The notes under the pieces: generated by a model
Told to the model about the DNA's origin: nothing
Database searches by the model: none
The model's input: only the letters and a program-made list of their open reading frames with translations
Part shown: positions 1-10,244 of the stretch, in pieces
Position numbering within the stretch: position 1 is the first letter of the stretch
Layout: every line of letters begins with the position of its first letter
Program-made: the position numbers and the translations under genes
NCBI GenBank assembly: GCA_965221905.1
Contig: OZ244922.1
Span: 2,240,001 to 2,304,000 of the forward strand
From: Chloroflexota bacterium
GTDB lineage: Bacteria; Chloroflexota; UBA11872; VXOZ01
Direction: 5' to 3'
Length of the DNA stretch: 64,000 nt

Positions 1-2
1 AC

Positions 3-149
3 GCGTTTGGGCCCATCGTCGGAGGGTACGTGGGCGCTGTCTTCGGTATACGCGCGGTCTTTGTTGCCGCAGCCGGCGCGCTCATGTTAGCGGCCCTATG
101 GCTCGTGCTGCGAGTAGATCACTTTTCACCACCAGATGCGGAAGACTGA
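3..149 (+). CDS. C-terminal end of an MFS-type transporter (partial, runs off the left edge)
   Basis: Frame 3 reads AFGPIVGGYVGAVFGIRAVFVAAAGALMLAALWLVLR...AED then TGA; a GPxxGG motif followed by a hydrophobic helix is typical of MFS TM11-12. Confidence 0.65.
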   Translation, partial: AFGPIVGGYVGAVFGIRAVFVAAAGALMLAALWLVLRVDHFSPPDAED

Positions 150-229
150 CCGGCCAATGCTGGCGAGGGGCCACTGTGCGCCCTGAATTCGCTTGTGAGT
201 CACTCGGTCGCAGGCTATTACAGAGACTC

Positions 230-889
230 TCAAGCCTTACGTTTGCTCAGACACGCTCTTTCGCGGGCTGCGGCAAGTTCCTGCGGTGTGTTAATATTGC
301 TCGTGGAGGTGAGGTCAGGGTCAAAGCGTTGTACCTCAGCCACAGGAATCTTCCGCACGTGAAGTCTATCTATCAATCTTGTGAGCTTTAGGTCGCCGGC
401 CTGAAGCATATCCGCAGCCGCGGAAAGGCAACGCCGCCGGTAGACCGTGTGCAGTGTTTCCGGTTCACGGCGGACTACCGGCGCAACAGCGTCCCACTCT
501 TCTGTTGCGTAGTCTATGAGCGCCCGCAACAATCGTCCCTTCAGAAACGGCATGTCGCATGCTACCGCCAAGACCATTGGGGTCGATGCTGCCTGGAGGC
601 CGCTCACAAGGCCGGTGAGGCTTGAACCCACCGGCGAGATGTCCGGCACGACGGTAAATCCCACGAGGTCTGCGCGGTTTCCGACGACGATGACTTCATC
701 GCAAAGCGACGCGAGCACAGCGTGGACGTGATGCAGCAACGTCGTTGGACTGTTTTCGGATGGCCAAGGCAAGAGGGCCTTGTCCGCACCGAGCCTCTTG
801 CTCTTGCCTCCCGCCAGTATAAGTCCCGTTACACCGGTAGTCGCCAAGCCAGTTGCCTCCAAGTCATTGGGGATACTCCTAGATTGCAA
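230..889 (-). CDS. mobA: Molybdenum cofactor guanylyltransferase
   Basis: GLILAGGKSKRLGADKALL, AVACDMPFL and NINTPQEL motifs; divergent from the formate dehydrogenase cluster. Start uncertain. Confidence 0.9.
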   Translation of the reverse strand: MQSRSIPNDLEATGLATTGVTGLILAGGKSKRLGADKALLPWPSENSPTTLLHHVHAVLASLCDEVIVVGNRADLVGFTVVPDISPVGSSLTGLVSGLQAASTPMVLAVACDMPFLKGRLLRALIDYATEEWDAVAPVVRREPETLHTVYRRRCLSAAADMLQAGDLKLTRLIDRLHVRKIPVAEVQRFDPDLTSTSNINTPQELAAARERACLSKRKA

Positions 890-987
890 CGGCGTACGGC
901 ACGTATCTTATTATCACACGCCGGAGACTGCGCGGCTTACACGGGTCTCACGCGCAACTGCATGACTCCTTGAATTCTCCACATTCC

Positions 988-996
988 TGTTATACT
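988..996 (+). promoter_or_regulatory. Putative extended -10 promoter element for the fdh operon
   Basis: TGTTATACT (TGn-TATACT) about 50 nt upstream of ATG 1044. Confidence 0.4.
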
Positions 997-1043
997 GGAA
1001 AAACTGAATTGAAAGCGAGTGACAGCCTCTTAGGTTGAACGCT

Positions 1044-2951
1044 ATGGGCAAACGCAATGCAGTCCGTTTGACAGAACCCCTGGTGCGGGAAAGGGGAAGG
1101 CTCCGTCCGGCAAGCTGGGACGAAGCGCTTGATCGCGTCGCATCGGGCTTGCGTGGCGCAATCAAGAAACATGGGCCGCGCACTTTTGGGTTTTTCAGTT
1201 GCTCAAAAGCTACCAATGAGGTCAACTACCTCGCACAAAAGTTCTCGCGTGCCGTAATCGGCAGCAACAACATCGATAGTTGTAACCGCACCTGACACGC
1301 TCCCAGCGTCGTCGGTCTGGCGACAGTTTTCGGACTAGGCGGCGGGACAAGCTCATATCGCGAAATCGAAGAAACCGACGTCATCCTGCTGTGGGGATCG
1401 AACGCGCGGGATACCCATCCCATTTTCTTCCACCACCTGCTCAAAGGCGTACACAATGGCGCCAAGCTTTTTGTGATTGACCCCCGCCGCACGAGTTCTG
1501 CCGAGTGGGCAGACGTGTGGTTGGGAGTGGATGTGGGTTCAGACATCGCTCTTGCCAACGCCATGGGCAGGGAAATCATCGCGGCTGGCCTGGCAAATGA
1601 AGAGTTCATAGTTCACGCCACAAGCAACTTCGCCGCATATCAAGAGTCAGTGGAGCCGTATACGCTTGCCTATGCCGAGGAAATTACCGGCGTTCCAGCC
1701 GAAGTAATCCGCGAGACTGCCCTTGCCTACGCCAATGCCGGCCGCGCCCAAATCTGCTGGACTCTCGGTATTACTGAACATCACAACGCCGTTGACAATG
1801 TTGTAGCGATCATCAACCTTGCCTTGCTTACGGGGCACGTTGGGCGGTACGGATCGGGTATCAATCCGCTGCGGGGACAGAACAACGTGCAAGGCAGCGG
1901 GGATATGGGCGCGCTTCCCGACCGACTGCCCGGCTTTCAGCACGTCGAGAATGCGCCTTTGCGCGAGAAGTTCGAGCGCGTCTGGGGCACGCCCATTCCT
2001 GCCAAGAAGGGCTGGAACCTCACTGAGATGTTCCACGCTATGGAGCGGGGAGACTTGACCGCGCTCTACGTCCTCGGCGAGAACCCGGCACAGTCGGAGG
2101 CAGACCAGCATCGTACGATAAAACTGCTGCAAGGTCTCGACATTCTTGTGGTGCAAGACGTGCTCATGAACAAAACAGCCGAATTAGCTGACGTAGTCTT
2201 GCCCGCAGCCGCTAGTTGGTGTGAATCGGAGGGCACGGTCACCAATAGCGAAAGGCGGGTGCAACGAGTGCGCCGCGCTATGGAAGCCCCGCCTGGCGTT
2301 AGGGATGACATTACGATCCTGTGCGATGTGGCGCGGAGCTTGGACAGCGACCTGGGGCCGCCGGATGCGCAGACCATTTGGGATGAATTACGCAGCCTAA
2401 GCCCTTTTCACACCGGTATGAGCTACGAACGCATTGAGCGCATGGGGGGCATCCAGTGGCCTTGCTACGACGAATCACATCCCGGGGAACTCTATCTCCA
2501 CAGCCGACTGTGGGAAAGGCCCGTGATTGGGCCGCGAGCGCCGTTCTCTCCGGTGGCGTTCGAGCCGCCGGTAGAGCAGCTTGACGACCAATACCCCATT
2601 CGATTGACCACCGGCCGCCGCTTGGATTCCTTCAATACCGGCGTTCAGACAGCGGGCTACTCATCGCCATTGCGCCGGGGCGAGACGATAGACCTTTCTC
2701 CCGAAGACGGGCAGGGACTCGGTGTTGCGGAAGGCGAGACCGTGCGCATAAGTTCGCGCCGTGGGTCGGTGCAAGCGCCAGTCCGTTTTGATTCATCCTT
2801 GCGTCCCGGCCTCGCGTTCATGACTCCCCATTTTCCTAACGAGGTTGCAACCAATGAACTCACGATCGATGCTACCGACCCAAAGTCCGGCACCGCCGAG
2901 TTCAAAGCAACTGCAATTCGCGTAGAGAAGATCGGGGCCGCAGTCGGCTGA
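1044..2951 (+). CDS. fdhF: Selenocysteine-containing formate dehydrogenase, Mo/W-bisPGD catalytic subunit (lacks the N-terminal Fe4S4 domain)
   Basis: ORFs 1035..1295 and 1473..2951 are in the same frame. Reading through TGA 1293-1295 gives NNIDSCNRT-U-HAPSVVGL..., the FDH active-site Sec/Cys-His position. Also PLRGQNNVQG, EGTVTNSERRVQ, LTTGR and DPKSGTAEFK motifs. About 635 aa. Confidence 0.92.
1293..1324 (+). promoter_or_regulatory. Sec UGA codon plus bacterial SECIS-like hairpin
   Basis: UGA at 1293; stem GUCGUC (1308-1313) pairs with GGCGAC (1319-1324) around a GGUCU loop, similar in position and loop to the E. coli fdhF SECIS. Confidence 0.8.
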
Positions 2952-2995
2952 GACGAGGGCCCGCGCCTCCCGTCGAGCGCTCATAGGTATCGCCA

Positions 2996-4873
2996 ATGGA
3001 CCTACATCTCACCAGCGACACGCCCAACGAAGCAGAGCGATCAGCAGTTGATAGCGTGCTTGGCGCACCTGATTCAGGTTTGCCAGGCACAGAGAGTCCG
3101 GTCGATAGCGTAGGGCGCGTAAATTTAGCCGGACACGCCGCCCGAGCGAACCGGCACCTCCTGCTTCCTGTGCTGCATGCAATTCAAGAGCGCGTGGGCT
3201 GGATAAGCCCCGGCGCGCTTAATTACGCTTGTCGGCGACTGACTGTCCCGCCCACGGAAGCATATGGTGTGGCTACGTTCTACGCGCTTTTCTCGGTCCA
3301 GCCGAAGCCGCCGGTCGTCGCGCACGTTTGCGATGACATCGCGTGCATGGCAAACGGTGCGGAAGCCCTCTGTTCCGCAATGGCGGAACGCTACGGCGCT
3401 GCGGGTAGCACAGACACAGATAGCGATTTCACTTGGCACCGCAGCCCGTGCCTGGGCATGTGTGAGAGAGCGCCCGCGAGCATGATCACGACTGCCGGGG
3501 AAGTCCCGACCGCTACGGTGCTCGCGCCAACGGACGTATCGACCATTCAAGCGAGCCTTGCAGGCGAGACACACGCGGATCAAAGTACCGCTGAACCCAC
3601 TGGAGTACGCTCGGTACCGCAAGCAGGGAACAAAGAGCTTAGACTCTTGCGGCGTGTAGGCCGCATCGATCCGGACGACCTAGCAAGCTACCGCAATGCC
3701 GGTGGGTACCGGGCACTTGAACGCGCCTTGGCGATTGGGCCGGAACAGGTGGTGCGCGAGGTCGCTGCCTCCAAGCTGCTTGGTCGTGGCGGGGCGGCCT
3801 TTCCGGCAGGTGTGAAGTGGGAAGCCGTTGCCTCTGCTGAGGCCCAGCCCCACTACATGGTGTGCAACGCCGATGAATCCGAACCGGGCACCTTCAAAGA
3901 CCGGGTGGTCATGGAAGAGGACCCCTTCGCCGTGGTTGAGGCGATGACCGTCGCGGGTTTCGCAACCGGCTGTGAAAAAGGCTTCATCTACCTGCGTGGC
4001 GAGTATCCGTTAGCCCTGGAGCGCACGACAAATGCGCTCCAGCAAGCGCGCGCTTCAGGTTTGCTTGGCACAGCAATTCTTGGAAACGACGTGACCTTCG
4101 ATATAGAGATCAGGCGTGGCGCGGGAGCATACATCTGTGGCGAGGAAACCGCGCTATTCAACTCCATCGAAGGCTTTCGCGGCGAACCGCGCAACAAGCC
4201 GCCTTTCCCCACCGAGGTTGGGCTGTTCGGCAAGCCAACGCTTGTAAACAACGTCGAGACACTGATCAACGTGCTCGACGTCGTGCTAGAGGGCGGTGAC
4301 GCCTTCGCTTCAATTGGCACGGAGCACTCTACCGGCACGAAACTCTTTTGCCTCTCCGGACATGTAGCGCGTCCGGGTGTCTATGAAGTGCCGTTCGGTA
4401 CCACACTCGCCGCGCTGATCGACCTTGCCGGCGGAGTGGCCGGCAGCGGCGCACTGCAGGCAGTATTGCTGGGTGGAGCCGCCGGATCATTCCTTACTCC
4501 GCAAGAGCTGGATACACCGCTGACCTTCGAAGCGACACGCGAAATTGGCGCAACGCTCGGCTCAGGGGTTATTATGTTGTTCGACGACACTATCAATATG
4601 CAGAGCGTCCTCCTGCGTATCGCGGCCTTCTTCCGCGATGAGTCGTGCGGTCAGTGTGTGCCCTGCCGCGTGGGCACGGTGCGGCAGGAAGAGCTGCTCC
4701 ATAGACTTGTGGCCGGCAGGCCCATCGGCTCGGCAGATGAAGAGTTGCACCTTCTCAACGAAGTAGGACAAGCAATGCGTGACGCGTCTATTTGCGGTCT
4801 GGGCCAGACCGCATCGAGCGCAATCGAATCCGCTGTGGCTCGTATGGGCCAATTCAACGGAAGAAGCTACTGA
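2996..4873 (+). CDS. Fused NuoE/NuoF-like (FdsG/FdsB-type) NAD(H)-binding diaphorase subunit
   Basis: NuoE-type 2Fe-2S ligands CDDIAC...CLGMC; NuoF motifs GRGGAAFP, CNADESEPGTFKDR, YICGEETAL, CGQCVPCRVG and SICGLG. Confidence 0.9.
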   Translation: MDLHLTSDTPNEAERSAVDSVLGAPDSGLPGTESPVDSVGRVNLAGHAARANRHLLLPVLHAIQERVGWISPGALNYACRRLTVPPTEAYGVATFYALFSVQPKPPVVAHVCDDIACMANGAEALCSAMAERYGAAGSTDTDSDFTWHRSPCLGMCERAPASMITTAGEVPTATVLAPTDVSTIQASLAGETHADQSTAEPTGVRSVPQAGNKELRLLRRVGRIDPDDLASYRNAGGYRALERALAIGPEQVVREVAASKLLGRGGAAFPAGVKWEAVASAEAQPHYMVCNADESEPGTFKDRVVMEEDPFAVVEAMTVAGFATGCEKGFIYLRGEYPLALERTTNALQQARASGLLGTAILGNDVTFDIEIRRGAGAYICGEETALFNSIEGFRGEPRNKPPFPTEVGLFGKPTLVNNVETLINVLDVVLEGGDAFASIGTEHSTGTKLFCLSGHVARPGVYEVPFGTTLAALIDLAGGVAGSGALQAVLLGGAAGSFLTPQELDTPLTFEATREIGATLGSGVIMLFDDTINMQSVLLRIAAFFRDESCGQCVPCRVGTVRQEELLHRLVAGRPIGSADEELHLLNEVGQAMRDASICGLGQTASSAIESAVARMGQFNGRSY

Positions 4874-5880
4874 TGCCCACTGACCCTGAAAATGCAGTAG
4901 AAGAGCCGACCTGGCAATTCCTCAACCCAGTGCCGCGCGGACCGCTCCCCACAATCCCCGAAAAGGCGCCGGTGTCCGAGATTGAACTAACCATTGACGG
5001 CAAAGAAACGTCGGTGCCCGCCGGCACAACGTTGCTGCAAGCGGCCCAAAGTCTTGACATTGAAACGCCGACGCTCTGCTATCTGGAAAACCTGACTCCG
5101 GTCAATGTCTGTCGCGTCTGTGTGGTGGAACTTGAAGGTTCGCGCACCCTCGTACCCGCGTGCTCGCGAAAAGTTGAGCCGGGCATGCAGGTACAGACCG
5201 ACTCTCCCCGTGTCCGGCTGAGCCGCCGCATGGTGCTGGAGTTTCTCTCGTCGTCAGTTGATGTGTCAACGGCGCCGGAACTACAGCAATTCATGGAACA
5301 GTACGAGGCACGGCCGGAGCGGTACGGTCCGCCGGGGCCGCCGGCAGCAGCCGACGAGCGTGATTCTGCCGTTCCCGGCCATCATGCGGACCCTGACGAA
5401 GACACCGCGCAAACGGTCGAGCAGCCGGTGAAAATCGACAACGAGCTCTACATTCGTGACTACAGCAAGTGCATCCTCTGCTACAAGTGCGTGGAAGCGT
5501 GCGGCGAGGATGCCCAGAATACGTTCGCTATTGCGGTGGCCGGCCGCGGCTTTGAAGCCCGTATTTCTACAGAGTATACGGTGCCCCTGCCGGATTCAGC
5601 GTGCGTCTATTGCGGAAACTGTATCGCCGTCTGCCCGACGGGCGCTCTTATGTTCCGCAGTGAGTATGACATGCGCGCTACCGGAACCTGGGACGAATCG
5701 GCACAAAGCGAAACTGATACGATTTGTTCCTATTGCGGCGTGGGCTGCTCTCTCAGTCTGCACATTCAAGATAACGAAATCGTGAAAGTCATGTCGCCGC
5801 TGGAGAGTGAGGTCACCCAAGGGAATCTCTGCATTAAGGGACGGTTTGGCTGGCAGTTCATGCAACAGCCGAAGAAGTAA
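4873..5880 (+). CDS. Iron-sulfur subunit (2Fe-2S + 2x4Fe-4S + molybdopterin-oxidoreductase Fe4S4 domain), equivalent to the FdsA/NuoG N-terminus
   Basis: ATG overlaps the upstream TGA (TGATG). Motifs LCY...CRVC...C, CILCYKCVEAC, CVYCGNCIAVCP and C-terminal CSYCGVGC...NLCIKGRFG. Confidence 0.88.
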   Translation: MPTDPENAVEEPTWQFLNPVPRGPLPTIPEKAPVSEIELTIDGKETSVPAGTTLLQAAQSLDIETPTLCYLENLTPVNVCRVCVVELEGSRTLVPACSRKVEPGMQVQTDSPRVRLSRRMVLEFLSSSVDVSTAPELQQFMEQYEARPERYGPPGPPAAADERDSAVPGHHADPDEDTAQTVEQPVKIDNELYIRDYSKCILCYKCVEACGEDAQNTFAIAVAGRGFEARISTEYTVPLPDSACVYCGNCIAVCPTGALMFRSEYDMRATGTWDESAQSETDTICSYCGVGCSLSLHIQDNEIVKVMSPLESEVTQGNLCIKGRFGWQFMQQPKK

Positions 5881-5947
5881 GGCGTGCTTCAACCCTAAAC
5901 GTGGTCGACCGACGTAGAGCAGGCAGCAGACAATGCCTACCCTGAAG

Positions 5948-6823
5948 CTAAGGCGCTATACGCTCCGCTCCGGTGTACACGTTCATCGAGTTTTCGCGGA
6001 GAAAACCTACCAGTGTCATGCCTGAGTCAGCCGCCAGTTCCACGGCCAGGCTTGAAGGCGCTCCCACCGCGGCGACAACGGGCACACTCGCCATGAGGCA
6101 TTTCTGGACGATTTCAAAGCCCGCCCGGCCGCTAACGAGCACAATGCCGTCCTCAAGGGGAAGCAGTTCTTGGAACAGCGCTGCCCCTATCATCTTGTCC
6201 ACAGCGTTGTGGCGTCCGACGTCCTCCCGGAGCAAAATGAGTTCGCCCGCTGCATCAAAGAGCCCGGCAGCATGCAGAGCCCCGGTCCGATCAAAGGTGT
6301 CCTGCGCCGCGCGAAGCACAGCCGGCAGGCGATTGAGCACTCCCGGCGCGACACTGATCTCGCTCTGGATCGGTTCTGCTGCCAGTCGTACGGCGTCGAT
6401 GCTCGCTTTGCCACAGATACCGCAGCTCGAACTCGCCGAGAAGTTCCGCTGCCATCCTTCTTCCAAGAGGTTGCCCGTGCCATTGACGTAAGCCAAGACG
6501 ATGTTGTCGCGCTCTTCCTCCGTCTTACCGGGGCAATGACCGACCGACAGCAAAGCAGACGGCTCCGAGATTAGTCGTTCCGTCCACAGGAAGCCGGCGG
6601 CCAATTCCTCGTCGTTACCCGGCGTGCGCATCGTGACCGCAATGCTCTGCCCGTTCACCCGTATTTCCAGCGGCTCCTCGCGTGCCAATACGTCCGGGCT
6701 ATGCTGTACGCCCTCGGCGGACACTCTCGTTACCACCCACGAAGAAGTGGGCGCTTGCTTTTCAAGTTCCGTCCGTGCCACTAAGAGTCTCCTACTCCAA
6801 CGCACAACCCTAAAGCATGCCAA
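5948..6823 (-). CDS. fdhD: Formate dehydrogenase accessory sulfurtransferase
   Basis: EEPLEIRVNG, TMRTPGNDEELAAGFL, SSCGICGK, TGALHAAG and EDVGRHNAVDK. Start uncertain. Confidence 0.93.
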   Translation of the reverse strand: MACFRVVRWSRRLLVARTELEKQAPTSSWVVTRVSAEGVQHSPDVLAREEPLEIRVNGQSIAVTMRTPGNDEELAAGFLWTERLISEPSALLSVGHCPGKTEEERDNIVLAYVNGTGNLLEEGWQRNFSASSSCGICGKASIDAVRLAAEPIQSEISVAPGVLNRLPAVLRAAQDTFDRTGALHAAGLFDAAGELILLREDVGRHNAVDKMIGAALFQELLPLEDGIVLVSGRAGFEIVQKCLMASVPVVAAVGAPSSLAVELAADSGMTLVGFLRENSMNVYTGAERIAP

Positions 6824-6979
6824 CGTGGTCAGAGGCGCAAGTGCGGACTGACTTATGCACAGTTCCCCTATACACTATCCCATCAACCGGAGTCTCGCTA
6901 GTCCAATGTGCTATGCTGCAATCATCCAACCGCAAGGCGATTGGTTAACCTGAAGTCCGCTAACACTACCGGAATTGGC

Positions 6980-9133
6980 ATGGCACTAACGCAGATCAAC
7001 GGCCGCGTATATGATGCGGCATCGAATCGAGGGATCAAGGGAGTTTCGGTCTCTAACGGTGATGCCATTGCCCAGACAGATGCAGATGGCTGTTATTTCC
7101 TAGCTATCGAGCCTCAGCAAGACCGCTACGTCTTTATCTCGGTCCCTGAGGGCTACCGACCGCAAGAGCGCTTCTATGCGCTTATTGGCGACGAACCGTT
7201 CCGGGAGTCCCTCGACTTTCCCTTGATCCCTGCCCCGGAGCGGGCGCAGGACACGTTCCGTTTGGCCCATGTGTCCGATACCCACGTCGTTAATGACGAC
7301 AGCGGCGCGGTTTCGCAAGAGGTACTGGCGCAAGACCTCAAAGAACTCGTAGCAAGTACGGCGCCCGACTTGGTCGTGGTGACGGGCGACTTGACCAATA
7401 TGGGCACCGTTCCAGAATTGGAGAGCTACCGCGCGGCTATCGATTCCGTGCCCATGCCGGTGTTCTCGGTCTTCGGCGGGCATGACGGCAATATCGAACG
7501 CCGGTCAACCGCTGCGGATGCGCCGTGCACCCGCAATTTCGAAGCCACCCTGGGCCCAACCTACTATAGCTTCGATTGGGGTGGGTATCACTTCGTGATA
7601 TACGCGACCGAAGAGAGTTACTTTTCAGCCGCCGACCGCGCCCGCAAAGAGCGCTGGCTTGAGGCAGACCTTGCCCTGCAGGCGAGCGAGCGCCAGTCTG
7701 TGCTCTTGCTGCATACGGCGCCGGACGAGGGCTTGCTGGCGAAGTTTAGGCGGCACAATGGCGCGCTCGTCCTCCACGGCCATTGGCACTCCAGCAGAGT
7801 CTTCAATTTCGGCGAAACTGTTGTTGCCTCATCCTCGTCATTTTGCTTTGGCGGCATTGATACGCGGCCGCGGGGTAGTCGTATCGTTTCATTTTCTCCG
7901 CAAGGCATCCGGACGGCATTGCACGCTCGGGTTAGCACAGCCAATGACAAGAGCGAATCACACTATGCGACCCACCCGCAACCTGCCGACCAAGCGCCGG
8001 CACGAGTGACGCTTGGCGAGCAAACCCTCTCCCTTGCTTGGAAACACGAATTCGAGAGCCCGCTGCATCGCGCTGCGCCGGTCTATTTCAAGGGCAGCGT
8101 GCTTGTCAGCCTGCAGAGTGAGAGCTATCCCAGTCGCAGCGGCATTGCGTGTATAGACCTTGAGAACGGCGCAGAACGGTGGCACTACCCGACAGACGCG
8201 GCGATCAAGAATAGCTGCGCGGTTGTTGCAGGAAACGAAAAGAACTGGTGTGCAGCCCTAACCGTCACGGGCCAACTTCATCTCATCGACTTGGCGTCCG
8301 GAGATTGCGCGTGGACAGTCGAAATTCCCGCACACCCGCTGCGGTGGGTATACTCATCGCCTGCCCAAAATGGCAAGTCAATCTTTGCAGGATCGAAGGC
8401 GGGCTACGGCGCTTACGGGTTGGAAACCGGTAAGCAAGAATGGTACGTCGCACCGTCAGGCGGCGATGAATGGCCCTCCTACATTTGTCCCCAGATCTAC
8501 AAGAATGACCTTTGTATCGTGCTCGTGCAGCGCCGCGGTTTTCTCGCGCTAGACATGAGTGACGGAAGAATTGTCTGGGAACAAGACTTGCCGGTAGAGT
8601 ACTTCTGCGCCTCGCCGGTGCTTGCGGGCGATCTGGTCGTGGTTGGTCCTGCATCGCCTCATACGGGGGCAAGTCTAACGGGAGGTCAGCAGGGAGACCT
8701 CGCCGTGCTTGAAGCGGCTACGGGGGAAATCGTTGCTCACTATCCGCGAGCATTACCGGGATACGCCACAGGAATCTCGGTCGCAGAGGGCCGCATCTAT
8801 GCTGCCACCGCCGCGGGCTCCGTACACTGCCACGATTTGCATACGGGCACGCTGCTTTGGCAGTTTCAGTCCGGTGACGACTTACTGGATATGACACCGT
8901 ACCGGCGCGCAGTCCAGTCGTTGCTTGCCGCGCCTGTGCCATTGCACGGACACGTCCTCGTTGGAGGCTGCGACGGCTGGCTCTATGTGCTGGACAGTAC
9001 GACCGGCGCCTGCACCGACCGCGTTAACCTAGGTGCGCCGATCACGGCGCCGCCGTGCATTACGCCGGATGGATTCTGCGTAGGCACCTACGCTGGAACG
9101 CTGTATTCTTATCGTTCCGAACGTAAGCCCTAA
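6980..9133 (+). CDS. Calcineurin-like metallophosphoesterase fused to a PQQ-like beta-propeller
   Basis: N-terminal GVSVSNG..TDADG domain; SDTH, TGDLTN, GGHD and HGHWH motifs; C-terminal repeats of the type D..TG...W. Confidence 0.8.
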   Translation: MALTQINGRVYDAASNRGIKGVSVSNGDAIAQTDADGCYFLAIEPQQDRYVFISVPEGYRPQERFYALIGDEPFRESLDFPLIPAPERAQDTFRLAHVSDTHVVNDDSGAVSQEVLAQDLKELVASTAPDLVVVTGDLTNMGTVPELESYRAAIDSVPMPVFSVFGGHDGNIERRSTAADAPCTRNFEATLGPTYYSFDWGGYHFVIYATEESYFSAADRARKERWLEADLALQASERQSVLLLHTAPDEGLLAKFRRHNGALVLHGHWHSSRVFNFGETVVASSSSFCFGGIDTRPRGSRIVSFSPQGIRTALHARVSTANDKSESHYATHPQPADQAPARVTLGEQTLSLAWKHEFESPLHRAAPVYFKGSVLVSLQSESYPSRSGIACIDLENGAERWHYPTDAAIKNSCAVVAGNEKNWCAALTVTGQLHLIDLASGDCAWTVEIPAHPLRWVYSSPAQNGKSIFAGSKAGYGAYGLETGKQEWYVAPSGGDEWPSYICPQIYKNDLCIVLVQRRGFLALDMSDGRIVWEQDLPVEYFCASPVLAGDLVVVGPASPHTGASLTGGQQGDLAVLEAATGEIVAHYPRALPGYATGISVAEGRIYAATAAGSVHCHDLHTGTLLWQFQSGDDLLDMTPYRRAVQSLLAAPVPLHGHVLVGGCDGWLYVLDSTTGACTDRVNLGAPITAPPCITPDGFCVGTYAGTLYSYRSERKP

Positions 9134-9855
9134 AGTTGGCTGGGCAGCAGGCGCATGTCGGGCACATAGGCGCGTGAGGGAAGAGAAGCCACCAGCAGGG
9201 CAGCTTTAGCCACGTCTTCCGGCTCCAGCGCCTTGGCCAAGACCTCCGGCGGCGTAGGAGTCGGCCGCTTCTCAACCAACGGCGTATTGCATAGACCGGG
9301 AAAGATCACCGTCACACGGATGCCGTTCTCTTTCTCTTCCTCCATCGTGCCGTAGGCCAGCCCCGCCACGCCGTGCTTCGTGGCTTGGTATGCCACGCCG
9401 GATACGTCAGGCCGCTGGACCGCGCCGGAAGAAAAGTGGACGATGAGTCCCTGGCCCTGCGAGCGCATCTGCGGGAGCACTGCGCGGGTTAGATTGAAAG
9501 CCGCCGAAAGATTCACGGAGAGCATCATGTCCCAATCAACAGGATCGAGCACGGTCAGCGCGCGCTGTTTGAGATTGGTGCCAACGCTGTTTATGAGAGT
9601 ATCGACCCTGCCATAGTTTTCCACCGCCGTTTCCACAAGCGACTGTGCGGCCGCACCGTCGGTGGCATCAGTGGGAACGGCAAGCGCCTTGCCGCCGGCC
9701 GCGCTGATCTCTCCCACGAGCTTTTCTAGCGCATCAGCTCTGCGGGCGCCCAGCACAACCGTTGCCCCCTGAGCGGCAAATAGCTGCGCGGTGGCCGCAC
9801 CCATGCCGCTACTCGCGCCCGCTATGATTGCTATCTTCCCGCTAAGCATCTCCAT
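9130..9855 (-). CDS. Short-chain dehydrogenase/reductase
   Basis: AGASSGMG Rossmann motif and catalytic YQATK. Confidence 0.9.
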   Translation of the reverse strand: MEMLSGKIAIIAGASSGMGAATAQLFAAQGATVVLGARRADALEKLVGEISAAGGKALAVPTDATDGAAAQSLVETAVENYGRVDTLINSVGTNLKQRALTVLDPVDWDMMLSVNLSAAFNLTRAVLPQMRSQGQGLIVHFSSGAVQRPDVSGVAYQATKHGVAGLAYGTMEEEKENGIRVTVIFPGLCNTPLVEKRPTPTPPEVLAKALEPEDVAKAALLVASLPSRAYVPDMRLLPSQL

Positions 9856-10244
9856 CCCAAATCTCCTCTATACTATGCTGACTGGCATTTTGATCGGGTC
9901 TCCGCGCAAGTACCGCCACAAATGAGTGGCACTACCGTGACATCTCTTGGAAGTCATCTCTCTCGAGCGCGAGCCCAAAGGTGACTATACCGCATTTGTG
10001 CTACGGGTTCTAAGGTACAAGAGTTTAGTTGGACCTTGGGGCAAGAGGAGCAATTGGCCGGGAGACATTCACGATCACGCGTGGGCTGTTCCCTATCCGC
10101 CGAGTGCGCGGCAGTCCTGGTCGAATCCTCAGACCTGTGAAATCGTAATCTTGATTACGCATGCAACGAGCGGAGTGTGGTATTTTGAACACTGAATGAC
10201 ACGAATGACGCAATCATTGATCCCTAAGCGCGAGGTGGGCAGGA

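Noticed and set aside
1035-1295. Short FDH ORF read as a separate gene or pseudogene
   Set aside because: The TGA sits at the catalytic Sec position, is followed by a SECIS-like hairpin, and the frame continues intact.
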